A DNA stretch of 64,000 bases from the human T2T-CHM13v2.0 reference genome, Homo sapiens, in NCBI GenBank assembly GCA_009914755.4, contig CP068257.2, positions 37,056,001-37,120,000 on the forward strand. Direction: 5' to 3'. Position 1 is the stretch's first letter. Each line of letters begins with the position of its first letter. Made by a program: the position numbers and the translations under genes. Shown here one piece after another: positions 1-13,595 of the stretch. A model generated the notes under the pieces. It searched no databases, was not told the DNA's origin, and saw only the letters and a list, made by a program, of their open reading frames with translations.

Positions 1-1526
1 ATTTCTCTTCATTTTAAACAGATACATCAGAGACGGAGCAAGGAGCTTAGGCTAGCAAGCAGCCAACCTCCTCTGTTAGACCAAAATGTTCCCTCACTTT
101 CAGAATAATCTGTGAATGTTGTTTGAAATGAAAAGAAAGAGTAAAGCATTTAGATAGTTCCTAAAGAAAAATAAAGCTTAATCAAGCCACTGTAGAGACA
201 TCTCCTTTCTTCTGGGGCCATGACCAATAGCACTGTATAGAGAATCACATAAATAGACAAACTGCTTTCCCGTCCATTTGGGACACCTTAGACAGACAGA
301 AAGGAGAGAGTCCAGAGACCTTTACTAAGCACCCATGATGTATGATGCGCTGTGCCTGGGATAAACTGTGATTTCCAGGAGCTTCTATTCTTCTTCTACT
401 CTTACGAGCACCTACACAAGAAGCTACAAAAAGATTTTGTAAGCTAAGGGAAAGTAGGTACAGAAATAGAGCGAATTACTATTAACAAGTTTAGCTGCAA
501 GAACAATTTTTTTCTGACGTTGGGCACCGAGGTGACCTTCTTGTAAGTGGTTCAAACTTGGATTTATTGTCATTGTGTTCTCATCATTCTACTATAAGTG
601 GATCAGGCACCACCGACACAAGCACACATTCATTTATGCATTCAGCACACACGTATGGTGCACCTAGTGTATGCATCATGCCAGGAACTGAGGAAGAGAA
701 GATGATGAGGACTTCTGTCCTCCAGAAACTCATGATCTGCTGGGGGAGACGAGTATGCAAATGTATCCTTTAAGAGCACTGTCAGAAGTGCAATGAGAGA
801 GAGAAACTGTCCGTTCACAAGACTCACTCCTTCATACCTGGATGCAATACAGATGGAGGTAAGATTTAGGACTTTCTGCAGAGCCACTGCATTTTAAGTA
901 GACTCAAACTGCATCTTTCTAGGAAGCGAGGCAGTATTTATCTGTCCAAGCAAAAATTGAATGAAGCACATGACTTCCATGGATGCAAACATTATAAACA
1001 AGGTCTCTGTGTGAATTTGCAGGATTGAATCTCCCAGATTACAGTTGAACCCTACCACCTAGAAATACTATGATTCTTATCAGACAAAATCAAGACATAC
1101 AAATTTAAGTTGGAACAAAAGAATAAAATGTAGTTGACTCACTTTATTTAGCACAGATTTGGATTTTTGTTGTTGTGTATATCAATTCAAGAACTAAGAA
1201 TTCAACCCAAGTTTTAAAATGTAAAACTGACTTCACGTATCTTTAGTAAAAGGCCAGCAACACCTCCCAAAGAGTTCATAATGTTTTTAGGAATAAAGTG
1301 CCAGGGGTTGACTAAGACTATTAAGAAAATTGGGTATAAATTCGAAAGAAATTGTGTGTGGGTCCCTCCCAGACCATCTTAGCCCATAGAGGTCTCTTAT
1401 TTCCTTGAGATTATTTCAAGGCATCAGAAATCTCCTTCTCACGTTACCTACCCTGCCCCATAAGCCAACATTTCATTCTCTCTTTGCATGAATCATTTCT
1501 CGCCTGTAAAGAATCTCTTGCCGTTG

Positions 1527-1853
1527 TTTTTTGTTTTGTTTTGTTTTGTTTTGTTTTGTTTTGTTTTGTTTCTGAGACAGAGTCTCGCTCTATAGCCCAG
1601 GCTGGAGTGCAGTGGCACAATCTCGGCTCACTGCAACATCTGCCTCCTGGGTTCAAGTGATTCTCCTGCCTCACCTCCTGAGTCACTGGGACTACAGGCA
1701 CATGCTACCACGCCTGGCTAATTTTTTGTATTTTTAGTAGAGATGGGGTTTCACCATTTTAGCCAGTATGGTCTCGATCTCCTGACCTCATGATACTCTT
1801 GCCTCGGCCTCCCAAAGTGCTGGGATTACAAGCGTGAGCCACCATGCCCGGCC
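1527..1853 (-). mobile_element. Alu SINE, full length, minus orientation
   Basis: Reverse-complement Alu consensus read directly: (TTTTG)n tail complement, then gagacagagtctcgctct...cccaggctggagtgcagtggc...gggattacaagcgtgagccaccatgcccggcc. Confidence 0.9.
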
Positions 1854-3113
1854 TTGGTTTTGCTTAGACTGAAGACTTTTCAAAATCATGAGTCAGTTCT
1901 CCCTCTTCTCTTTTCATTCCTCAAATTCTCTGAAACTCTATTAAATATAGGAATTTAAAAATGGCTGTTGAATCAGTTGTTTCAGCTCTATTGTTGCTAA
2001 GCCACCTTTGAAACAATTAAGACACCATCAATTTTTCTGCAGTTTATATAGTACCAGTGTACAAAGTAGATACTCAGGAAAAGGTATGGGTAAATTAACT
2101 GATTCTGAAGAATTGAGAATTTGTCCCTGAGTTATATAAGAATGATTGTGTATATTTTTAGTTGAAAGCATGTAATAGCCCCTAAAGAGCTTATAACGCA
2201 AACGACAACTAGGTTCTCAGGTTTTAAATCTCTGGTTAACAGGCTCATGGGTACTACTTTGCGGGACATATTTTAAAATAGAGTGGGGTGGGGGGGAATG
2301 TACACAAGTATTATTTGAATTCTATTATCATTTACTTATTTAAAACTTATTTTTGTATTTCATGTTTACTACTTTTGTTTGCTTTGCTTTGATAGAAACT
2401 AAAACCCATCTTCTCTGACAAAGTACTGTTTTTGATATTCAATAAACAGAGCTTTCTTATTCATCCTTTTCTTTAAAAATTACTTTCCTGTATTACAATT
2501 TGTATTTGTTAATCACGTATGGAATCAGCTTTTAAACAGAAGAAAACAAGCATCAGCTCTGTAGAAACTGCAGACGTTTTGGAGAAGATTAAACAAGACA
2601 GCTTCAAAAGACCAAAACATGAATCCACCCCAGCCCTTGTTGGTCAAACCACGTGGGCCTTCAGCTGTCTCGTCTTTCCAGAGTCTCATCTTATGATGAA
2701 AGTTAAATAAATTCCGTTGTAAATGATGTTTTTTAAAACTCTAAATGAGAGAAGCAATAGAGACTTTACCCCCTAATAATGGGATACTATATGTAATTCT
2801 TAAAATTAATAAAGGCCATTTGTGCTGTAAGAATTCTCCATTTTCTTTTGTAAAGGTGACTTCTTTAACCTGAATATTTTAACAGGTCAATAAGATATGC
2901 CCCTGGTAGTAGAGTGACATTTTTTTTCACTCCTCAAAAGCCATTTTATAAGACAATGCACATTTCAACATCAGCGTAAATAACAGCCTTGTTTGAAAAC
3001 TCAGGAGACAGCTTTACTCTTTCTCTGCCTTCTTTCCTACCCAGCCCTCCCCCTCCTCTGAACTGAACCACACCTCTCTAGAAATACTCGCGTTCTTAAT
3101 GAAAACCATATTT

Positions 3114-3138
3114 AAAAAAAAAAAAAAAAAAAAAAAAA
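3114..3138 (+). repeat. A25 homopolymer tract, preceded by an AATGAA hexamer about 12 nt upstream
   Basis: 25 consecutive A counted in sequence; upstream is AT-rich, 3'UTR-like sequence with several AATAAA-type motifs. Confidence 0.8.
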
Positions 3139-5280
3139 GTTTGCATGACCCGCCGAAACGCCTGGACAATCTTTAATGTCAGCTTCAGACGACACGTGTC
3201 TTATGAAAGTCTGGGGCCCTGCTCGTCTGGCAGAGCGAGCTCTGTCCCACATCTTTATGAGAAAGAGGGACAAAACTTCTGTTTTTGGCATTTTATGTTG
3301 GAGTCTGTTTTAAGCAAGGAGGAAAAAAATAGCAAAGTAGAGTCTAGACAGAAAAGATGGGGGTGAAATCTGGAAGCCATTCACCCCGGCAAGGGCAGCA
3401 GCAGCCCGTCGGCAGCAGGGATCGCCTTACGCTGCCTAATTACACATGAAAAATGTACACACCGCGTCTCTCAACTGCTTGGAAAAATAGATGCTAGGAT
3501 GGCGCTTTTGGACGGTGGCAACCGAACCAGTTGTATATTCTGGATGCGGGATCTCTTACTCCACGCATTTTGCAATGTGATTTCCTTTTTCAGGGGCATA
3601 GGTATTCCTTTCATCCTCCCCCCAAGATGTTTTAAATGTATTCTCAATTTGGCAAATGGTCACATTCTGTGAAGAATATTTAGATATTAAAGTAGGTTCC
3701 GTATGAGATCAAGTTAGACACATTTCTATGGTAAAGAGTTTGCCTAAGAGTAAGATCAAGACTATGAAGTCCTCAACATATTTTAGGATCTCATTGATGG
3801 CTTGAGGTGATTTGCAGTTACAAGGATAACTTCTAAATCATTAGCATGGCCTGCTCATGCAATCACAGACTTTGTGCCAAGCATAGGTCTACATTTTATG
3901 CAGGATAATGATTTTTTAAGAATCCTTTAATATAGTGTCTTTTTCCAGGAGTTCAAAGCATTTTTCACAGATATTAGCATTCAGTCACATAACATTCCTG
4001 GAATCTAAGGAGGGACGAGGCCGTAGCCAGGAGCTGACTGCAGAGGAGGTGTGTGTGCAGGCTTTGATGCTGGAGAGATTCTCCTGAAGAAAAAATGGTA
4101 GGAGAGAAATTTAGAACCCAACCTTAATGGATGTTAGAGAGCACAGCTAGCTGTGTGGGTGACAGAGAGACTGACAGACAGACTTGGAGAGGTAGGTAGA
4201 GGTCAGGGAAAGCCTGGGATAGAGAAACTGTCCAACAGAAGCTCAAAGCAAGTAAAAGAGGAGGCCAGGGAGCTATTTGGGGCCCTGAAAAGGGGTCATC
4301 TATGGAAGGTTTGGGAACATCAGGATACCAGGAAGGCTGGATGCCATGAGTGGTGAAGTCAATGGGATCAGCTCCTATGGGCTCTGGGTAAACACTGGGA
4401 AGGAGCCAGGAGCTGTGGGCAGAGTGGGTGACATGGCCTGGCTCAACTTGGGGGAGGCTCCCTGGCCAGGAGAGCAGAGACTGTGGGGGCTCTAAGGGGA
4501 GACTTAGGGAGAGACTGTTGTTCTGCTAGCAATAGATGGTGATGGTTTGGACCAGAAAGAGGAAGAATCTAGAAATACTTCCCTAAGGCTGATTGAAGGC
4601 TGACTCTATCATCCTGCCAGGGGCCCAGGGGGAATTGCAGTAGGTACAGCAAACATCAAAGACAAGGGCCTCCTTCTGACATGAAACATCTATGTGCCCT
4701 TCAGTGAGGATTATTAAGTGCAGCGGGGCAATCCCACCAAAGACCACCAAAGAACCACACCAAAGACCACTAAGCAGCCACTAAAAATGATATCTTGGGG
4801 TGGTAACTGCAGCAGGTGTACACTTCAGTCAAAATACCTCAAATTGTGCATACACTTAATCTCTGGCCAGTTTATTCTATACAGAACATGCTTTAATAAT
4901 AAATAGTAAATTAATTATTTAACCAACGTAAGGCTAGGATAAGCCTCGTACGTGCCTCTGAATGTCCCTGGGGCTGTACTTCTGATTGAAACCACAATAG
5001 CAATAGCTAATATTTTCCTCATGTTGCCAATGTGACCAGAATTCTTCTAAGCATTTTGCATAGATTAATTCAGTTAACAGTTCCAGCAATGCTATCAGAT
5101 AGATACTATTATTATCTCCATTTCGCTTGGGAAGAAACGGAGTCACAGAAAGTTCGCGAGCTTTGGCCGAAATGTCTCATCAGTGGGAGCCTGAGGTTAT
5201 CTGCAGCCTCCTTCCCTCACAGGGCAACTCTAAGAACCAAGGAGAGGCAGGCACCAAAGGGCTCTGAAAAGTGCAAGGAT

Positions 5281-5732
<452 letters not shown>

Positions 5733-6574
5733 TTACTTTAATTACCCTTTCCAGAGCCCTGTTTTCCATCCTCGTAATCATTACTTTTGCTCTTTTCTGA
5801 ATTCTCTCCAATTTTCTTACACCTCTCTAAAAATTTGTGGACACTATTGACCTACAAAGAAAGTTTGAAATCGTTGACAAGAAAGACGTTTGCAGGAAGA
5901 CCTTGCAATAGACGGGTCAGGTTTACAGAAGATTTTGATATCTGGGAGTTATACATGAGTTACTAAAACCCTGGCTTCTGTCCCAAACTTAGGTCCCAGG
6001 TGTTTAAGTCACCAGTGAGGAACTGTTTTTGTTACTGGCTGGAGGTCTGGTGGTGTGGGGAGGTGGGTCTGTGGCAGTGATATTGAGGTTACGACCCACA
6101 GTGATTATCAGAGCTTATTGACCCTTGAAGCCTCCGGGAGTGCTCAAGTCCTCCCAGCCTCATATCCCAGCACAGAGCCCTCTCTGGAAGTAAGAGCTGG
6201 CAGGTTTGGTTCTGGGGAGGTAACTGTCTTAGGACTACACGGTGTCATTTCAGAGGCCCATTGCCCCCTCTATCAGGCACAGGAAGACCCCAAAGAAAAC
6301 CTTGCTTCCACCATGAAGCTGTGCAACTTTACACAAATTCCCTAAGCTCTCTGGACTTTACTCTCCTCATTTGTAAAATGGAGCTAGCAATATCTTCCTC
6401 ATAGGGTTTCCGAAGATCAGAGGTGATAGCAGGTAAGATGCCTGGCGTGGAGTAGCCTTTGTGACAATGGGGAAAATTTGACACCCCAAGTACCAGCCCT
6501 TGGGTTGACATTCCAAGCCTTTCCCACAAACAGGTTCTTACTCAAGGTTTGAAGATTCACTAGAACATTTACAA

Positions 6575-6766
6575 AGGAAAGGGAAGGGGAGGGGAAGGGG
6601 AGGGGGAGGGGAGGGGGAGGGGAGGGGGAGGGCAGGGGAGGGGGAAGGGAGGGGAATGGGGAGGAGAGGGGAGGGGGAGGGGATGGGGAGGGGGAGGGGA
6701 GGGGAGGGGGAGGGGGAGGGGAGGGGAGGGGGAGGGGGAGGGGAGGGGAGGGGAGAAGTGGAGGGC
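6575..6766 (+). repeat. Near-pure purine (GGGGA/GGAGG)n microsatellite, potential G-quadruplex/H-DNA former
   Basis: About 190 nt of gggaagggga/ggggaggggg units with only two pyrimidine interruptions; explains the Pro-rich minus-strand ORFs 6417-6837. Confidence 0.9.
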
Positions 6767-8147
6767 TTCCAAGGGCCCACATCAACCATGCAGGAATTTC
6801 TACTTTTAAAATTCTGGGTAAAATTGTATTCCCCCATTTCCCAGGCTGGGGTGTGGAGGTACCCAGGGAAGGGTCACAGCCAGCCTGTGGGACTTTGAAT
6901 GCTGTTCCATCTCCCAGATATCATATTGAGTGAAGGGCACCAAAGACCTTCCAGAGCTGGTACACATTAATGAGATCACATTGGAGAAAACATGAGGCAA
7001 AGCTCAAGATCATCATAGTTGTTCTTGTCTGGGCATACTACCATCTAACGGAAGGAAGCATAGTCTATGACCAAGACCAGGTAAAACAGTTAAACAACTG
7101 TGAAGGGGCTACTGAAATTGGACCGAGCATACAAAGAACCACCAGTGGGAATCTATGCCACCAACAACAACCCCTAATATCTCCCCAAAAGAAGAATTGA
7201 GGAAAGTGTCTCTCTTGTAGTTAGAGTCCATTTTTATTAACTGTCCATATAAATGTCAGACTAAAGAATTGTGCTTATAAAATGAACCTTAGGTATGACC
7301 CCGGAATTCAAAAATGCATACCCTTTGTGACCAGCAGAGACACATCTTCATTTGGGTTAAACACTGGCAGAAATAGAAACCAAGAGACGGGCTAGACCCT
7401 CAGTGGATGACCTTGAGCCATGACTTTGCTAAGTCTTTGCTTGCCCGGTATGGTTGTTAGATGACCTGATTGACAAGGTCTGCTCTAGTGATGTCCTACC
7501 AGGACTCCCAAGTATAACTTTTTCTATTATTGCTGTTTCTCAGCGGTCAGTGGGTGTAAGAGAAGCTAACCAGAGGAAGTGAATCACTTCCTGTGGTCAT
7601 TCTTCTGCCCACAGTTGAGCTATTTTTAACAGTCCATATAAAAATCATAAATCCAACCCTGGGCGTGTGTTTTATTTAACAAGTGCCTAATAAGTTAGGT
7701 GGAGGTGGAGACAAAAATGGGAAGACTTGAGCCAGTGAGGAGGAAACCATTAAATAAATTCCCCCAGATAATGATAATCTCTGTAGCTTCTTTTGGAAAA
7801 CTTGTCACAAAGAACAAGAATAATGTTTTTAGGGTCACTTCTATGGAAGTTCCCATTCCATATGGAAGAAACTAATTTATAAAGCAAAAGAGCTGCCCAA
7901 CTTTCACAGTGTCTGTAGTAAATTACTCAAAATATTCCAGCAACCAGCCAGGGTGATTTTTCAAAAATCTTTCTCTTCTTTATCACTGCTATTTCTTTCC
8001 ATTCGAATATGGTGGTATCATTTATACAAAATCTGTGAATAATTAGACAAGGAATGTGAAATGATTTACTAAGAAATGCTTGGAGATTAAGTACAATCTC
8101 ACTCCAGCATTGAATGAAGGAGAGTAACAGCTTGGGCATCCATTTCA

Positions 8148-8560
8148 AAGGACCACAGACTGGGCAGCTTAAAACAACAGAAATTTATGTTCTCACAGTT
8201 CTGGAGGCTGGAAGTCCGAGATCAAGTTGTGGGCAGACTTGGTTTCTTCTAAGAACTGTGAAGATAGATGCTGCTCCAGACCTCTCTCCTTGGCTGTAGA
8301 TGTTCATTTTCTCTCTGTGTCTCCACGTGGCATCTTCCTCCTATGACTGTCTCTGTGTCCAAATTTTCTCTTCCTTTAAGGACACCAGTCATATTGGACT
8401 AGTGCCCACTCTGATGACCTCATTTTAGCTTAACTGCCTCTGTAAAGACCCTATCTCCAAATTGGGTCACATTCTGAGGCAATGGAGATTAGGACTTCAA
8501 CATGTGAATTTGAAGTGGGGATTGCTGGGGGAGACACAATTGGCCCATAACAACAAAAGA
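8148..8560 (-). mobile_element. ERVL-MaLR solo LTR (MLT1/MST-type), 5'-truncated
   Basis: ...cacagttctggaggctggaagtccgagatcaag...ggacaccagtcatattggactagtgcccactctgatgacctcattttagcttaa...ctatctccaaattgggtcacattctgagg: reverse-complement architecture of MaLR LTR consensus. Confidence 0.65.
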
Positions 8561-8963
8561 GTTTCTTTTATTGCATCGTGACTTTATCACATATCAGGCT
8601 TTCATAGTATTAAATATCTACCTAACACCTCTAGTCTGCCTTCCACTCATATCCCCCGTGTAGATGTAGCCCACCCAGAGAGAGAAAACCCAACATAAAT
8701 TCTGAACAGGATGCTGCTCCCTGGACCTGCCCGCTGGAGGCACCATTTTTGAGAGAACTTCTGGTCTAGGTGCTCTTCCTAACAACATCTCAGATGCTTC
8801 TAACACTAGAGTTCAGACAGATCACAGACAACACTCAGAGGGCTATTTATAATTTAATATACACAACATATGATAAAATGAATTGTTTCACCATTTTATA
8901 ATATGTTGAGATGTCTGCAGCTCTTCTCATCAATCGTTTAAAGCAGGAGTCTGCCAACCTCTT

Positions 8964-9359
8964 GATATGGTTTGAATCTGTGTCTCTGCCGAAATCTTGT
9001 TGAATTGCAATTCTCAATGTTGGAGGTGAGACCTGGTGAGAGGTCATTGGATCATGGGGGCAGATTTTCCCCTTTGGTGCTATTCTCATGATTGCATTCT
9101 CATAGGATCTGATTGCTTAAAAGTGTGTAGCACCTCCCCCCTTCTCTCGATCCTGCTCCTGCCGTGTAAGACAAGCCTGTTTCCCCTTCACCTTCTGCCA
9201 TGATTGTTAGTTTCCTGAGGCCTCCCCGGAAGCCAAGCAGATGCTGGAACCATGCTTTCTGTACAGCCTGCCGAACCATGAGCCAATTAAACCTCTTTTC
9301 TTTATAAATTCCCCGGTCTCAGGTATTTCTTTATAGCAGTGCAAGAACGGACTAATAAA
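8964..9359 (+). mobile_element. ERVL-MaLR LTR (MST-like), plus orientation
   Basis: tgatatggtttgaatctgtgtc...ccaagcagatgctggaaccatgctttctgtacagcctgccgaaccatgagccaattaaacctcttttctttataaattccccggtctcaggtatttctttatagcagtgcaagaacggactaataaa. Confidence 0.75.
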
Positions 9360-9720
9360 CCTCTAGGAAAGGGCCAGACAGTAGATATTTGAGGGTTTGC
9401 AGTACATTCAGCCTCTCCGAAACTTCTGAACTCTGCCGTTGTAACATGAAAGCAGCCTTAGGCAACACATGCATGAATGATCGTGGCTGTGTTCCAGTAA
9501 ACTTTATTTGTGGACACTGAAATTTGACTTCTATGTATTTTTCATATGTCACAAAATATTCTGCATCTGATTATTTTCCAACCATTTAAAAGTGTAAAAC
9601 TGAAATATTCCTAATATGATTCTTTTCCAACCATTTAAATGTGTAAAACCATTCTTAGTTCATAGGCCACTGAAAAACATGGTGGTTGGATTTTGCCAAT
9701 GCCTTAGGTTTGCTGAGCTT
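9360..9720 (+). mobile_element. MaLR internal region fragment (MST-int/THE1-int-like) following the 5' LTR; contains a local roughly 40-bp duplication
   Basis: ctaggaaagggccagacagtagatatttgagggtttgcagtacattcagcctct...ctctgccgttgtaacatgaaagcagccttaggcaacacatgcatgaatgatcgtggctgtgttccagtaaactttatttg; ttttccaaccatttaaa(a/t)gtgtaaaac occurs twice (about 9571-9600 and 9621-9650). Confidence 0.55.
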
Positions 9721-10511
9721 TGTCCCTGTTTGTTCCTGGTGAGCCATCATCTGCACACTATGCCTGTTTCTTCCTTGAAGGCCCTAATTTATCCCTTTCC
9801 ATCCATACTACTCAGCTCTCCCAACACAGCCTTGAATCCTTCTCTACTGATTTCCACAAGAGGCCTTGATCCTAATCCACTGTACCAGATAATAACTGCA
9901 TGCCAGATAGGGAGGCTCCACCACAATCTTTCCAACAGGAGCTTTCCAAGTCTTTGCTTCCCTTTATCAGTGCCTTTTTTAGGATCAAGATTGCTTTGCT
10001 TCCTTTAGCCAGTGGGGTGGTGGTGAGAACCAAAACTTCTGGTGGTGGTCAGGGTAATTTTTTACATTGAGAGGAGCTAAGAACAGCTTTCCTATTGAGC
10101 AAAAACATCAACACCATGATGCTTCCTACTAAACATTCTCCATCCCCTCTCTCCCTCCTCCTCCCTCCCTTAAGCAGCAACCCTTGCATTCCTCTTTGGC
10201 CATTTCATGCTCAATATCACCTTGCTTATTTGCCATCTTAGTAGAGCACTGGGCAGTACTCAGTAAATCCTCCCTAAACATTGGCCAAGTGCTGAAAACC
10301 CCTGGGATGATGGGATTTCTGTACTGCAAAAACATTTCTTGAACATGAAGTTCCCCTCTACTATGTGTTTCAGGTAAATCCAATCCTCCAAATGAAGGAA
10401 AACAACTACGAAAATATTTTAGGCATGAAATCATGGTACAGGTTTGGATGCCAGGAACTCTGTTACTGGTGACATATTTTTCATCCGAGTAATTAATTAA
10501 TCAACAATTGG

Positions 10512-10878
10512 TGATATGGTTTGGCTCTGTGTCCCCACCCAAATCTCATCTCAAATTGTAATCCCCATGTGTCACGGGAGGGACCCAGGGGGAGCTGATG
10601 GGACTATGGGGGTGATTTCCCCCATGCTGTTCTTGCGAGAGTGAGAGAGTCTCCTGAGCTCTGATAGTTTAAAAGCAGCAGTTTTTCCTGTGCTTGCACT
10701 TCTCTTCCCTGCCGGCTTATGAAGAAAGTGCCTGCTTCCCCTTTGCCTTCCGCCATGATTGTAGCTTTTCTGAGGCCTCCCCAGCCATGCAGAACTGTGA
10801 GTCAATGAAACCTCTTTCTTTTATAAATTATCCAGTCTGTGGTATTTCTTTATAACAGTGTGAAACGGACCAATACAA
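10512..10878 (+). mobile_element. ERVL-MaLR solo LTR (THE1-like), plus orientation
   Basis: tgatatggtttggctctgtgtccccacccaaatctcatctcaaattgtaatccccatgtgtcacgggagggacc...ccttccgccatgattgtagcttttctgaggcctccccagccatgcagaactgtgagtcaatgaaacctctttcttttataaatta...gtgaaacggaccaatacaa. Confidence 0.8.
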
Positions 10879-12507
10879 TGGGGTATATGCACCCTGAGTG
10901 AGTATACATCAGAGGGTGTTCACCTTTCAGAGGAGGTAGGAAGTTTTGTGAAACTCATTTTTCAGAGAATTTTAACTCTAATAGCATTAAAAAATGTAAT
11001 GTGGATGCCAAAATTGGCATTGTCCCAGTCACTGCAAATCAAGGTACTAATTAATGTTTTCATCATTCTCCTATGCTTACCCGTATTTGAAAAATGAAGA
11101 CGTCTACATGGGATGTTTTTCCCAAGGATCAAGTACCAAGACTAAACAAAGATTCACTGCCTGATTGAGTTTAGACCCGGCAAGCACAAGACCATTGCTT
11201 CATCTCCACCTTGGATTGCAAAATCTTTCAGGACCAGGGCTGTTGGCTGAATAACTTGCTCCATGGTACCAGGATCTGCAACTCTTGGTGCAGATTGTGG
11301 ATGGAGGTGAGTGGTGAGACAGGGTGGCAGCTATCCTTGCACCTGAAAGAAGTTTGGTGACTCTCTGGGGCAGGTATGCTTCGAAGGGAGCAAGCTCTTC
11401 CAGCTGCAGGGGGACCCTGCACAGCAGAGTCCTCAGCAAACCTTGGCATTGCTTGTGGGCAGCCTCGCAGCTCAGCGGTGTGCTCATGCCAGCTCCTCTA
11501 GATGATGCTGTAATTGGATAGCAACTTTCTTCACTAGGTCACAGGTTCAAGAGCAGCCCAGACCCTTCAGATGTTGCTTTGTCCTCCCTCTCCCAGCCTG
11601 CACAGCATCAAGCTACTCCTGGGGCCTGCCTGTCCTCTCTTCTGCCCCTTACACAAGCTGGGAGCTGAGCTGAAGCAGAGCTGGTTTTAAAGCTCTGACC
11701 TCCATGAGGCAAGGACCACAAAAACCCTGGACCACAAAAAGCTAGGCTGCAGAGACAGGAACAAAAGCAAGGGATGGCAGGAAGCTGATTGACATGTGGG
11801 AATCCAACAATGCCCCAGTCTTCCAGGCGGTGTGGGTCATCTCAGCCAGCAGCACTCCTCAAATGAGAATGAGACAGGTCACCATGGGTCACAGAGCCTC
11901 TCTACCAAAGAAGGAGAAAAAGATCAAGGGGGGCTTTTGTAAAAAGGGAACATATGGACTGGCAAAATAAATCAGAGCTGGCCATGGGGTAAGATCTTCT
12001 TATCCGAAGACCGTAGTCATCGTTCCTGTCACCTTGGCTCTAGAATAAAGCCCACACCCTCATCCCTGACTTCTGTAGACTAATTTAAAAAGATTAAGTA
12101 ACGTTCCTTGTTGTCGCTATCAGGATGTGAACTTGGGGTGCAGCCACCCCAGAAGGGCTGTGCGGAATGGTATTGCTCTAATTCAAAGGACGAGAAGGGA
12201 ATTTTGGTTTTCATGAATTACATCATAGGGATTTTTTTTGTTTGCTGTTGTTTTTGTTGTTGTTGTTTTGCCAAGAAAACATCCTGAGTTCCCTGGTCCT
12301 GAATCTGACCTCATTAGGGGTAGAGGTTGGAGCTACGTCCCTGGCAACACCACCCTCCCACCTGGAGCAGCAGTGCTGCAGTGAAGAGGAGTTTCTCATG
12401 GTTTAGGGATAAAATGAACTGAAGAGTTCTCACCATGGCTGCCTAGGCAGCTGACGGGGCCACGGTAACTGACTCTGGATCCCACGTTCCAGCTGAACAC
12501 CAAGTTA

Positions 12508-13070
12508 TGTCTTAGTCCACATGGGTGGCCATTGAAAGCACCCCAGACTAGGCAGCTTAAACAACAGACATTTATCTTCTCACAGTTCTGAAGGCTGGAA
12601 GTCCAAGATTAAGTTTCCGGCAGGGTTGGGTTCCCAGCCAGGGCTCTCTGGCTGTGTTCTCACTTGGCAGAAAGATGGTGGGGAGGGGGGACAGTGAGCC
12701 CTAGTATCTCTTTTTTAAAGGCCACATATCCTTTATCAGATCAGAACTCTACCCTTATCACCTCATCTAACCTTAATGACTTTTGGCTGGGCGCGGTGGC
12801 TCATGCCTGTAATCCCAGCACTTTGGGAGGCTGAGGCGGGAGAATCACTTGAGGTCAGGAGTTTGAGACCAGCCTGGCCAACATGCTGAAACCCCATCTC
12901 TACTAAAAATACAAAAATTAGCTGGGCATGGAGGCGCGTGCCTGTAACCCCAGCTACTCAGGAGGCTAAGGAACAAGAATCACTTGAACCTGAGAGGCAG
13001 AGGTTTCAGTGAGCCAAGATCGTGCCACTGCACTCCAGCCTGGGGGACAGAATGAGACTCCATCTCAAAA

Positions 13071-13105
<35 letters not shown>

Positions 13106-13205
13106 CCTTAATAACTTCCTTAGAGGCCCCATCTCCAAGTACCACCACGCTAAGGGTTAGGGCTTCAGCATAAGAATTTTGGAGAAACGTGAACTTTGGC
13201 TGTTG
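12508..13205 (-). mobile_element. ERVL-MaLR solo LTR (MLT1-type) split by an Alu insertion
   Basis: tgtcttagtccacatgggtggcc...cagcttaaacaacagacatttatcttctcacagttctgaaggctggaagtccaagattaag... resumes after the Alu with ccccatctccaagtaccaccacgctaagggttagggcttcagcataagaattttgg. Confidence 0.65.
12785..13105 (+). mobile_element. Alu SINE (AluS-like) with (AAAT)n tail; TSD aaccttaatgactt/aaccttaataactt
   Basis: ggctgggcgcggtggctcatgcctgtaatcccagcactttgggaggctgaggcggg...gagactccatctcaaaataaataaataaa; 14-bp flanking direct repeat with one mismatch. Confidence 0.92.
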
Positions 13206-13595
13206 AATGCAGCCCCCATGCTCACTCCTGACTTCCTTAGACTAACCAAAAAACTTAATAGTATTCAACATTATTGCTACCAGAGTACTAAACTGCCTAG
13301 GATGAGAACTTGGGGTGTGGCTCCCCAAGTCCATAACAGATATGTGACAAAAGCACCCTCCTGGATCACTTTCACTATTCATTCATTCACGCGATTGTTC
13401 CTTGACTTAATACTTATCCACTGGAGTGACCGAAGGCCAGGTGTGCTCCCAGAGGCAGGGATAACAGTGGTGAGCAAGGAGCCACCATGCTCAGGGAGAA
13501 GTCAGACAAATAAAATGGAAAGACAGAAGAAAATAGAATGTGGCACTTCCCACCATAAGAACAAGTTGGTTTTCATTTGTGCACAACTTCACATT

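Noticed and set aside
544-549. GTAAGT at 544-549 as a splice donor of an exon near the window start
   Set aside because: Upstream exon-side context (ctt|GTAAGT) is poor and there is no supporting ORF or CpG signal. The hexamer is expected about 15 times per strand by chance.
6417-6837. Proline/serine-rich ORFs (PPLPSPSPSPPPP...) that resemble a proline-rich protein
   Set aside because: Minus-strand translation of the (GGGGA)n homopurine microsatellite in three frames.
9616-10008. 130-aa plus-strand ORF
   Set aside because: It starts inside MaLR internal sequence and continues through low-complexity unique DNA. It is Leu/Phe/Ser/Pro-rich and most likely a chance ORF.
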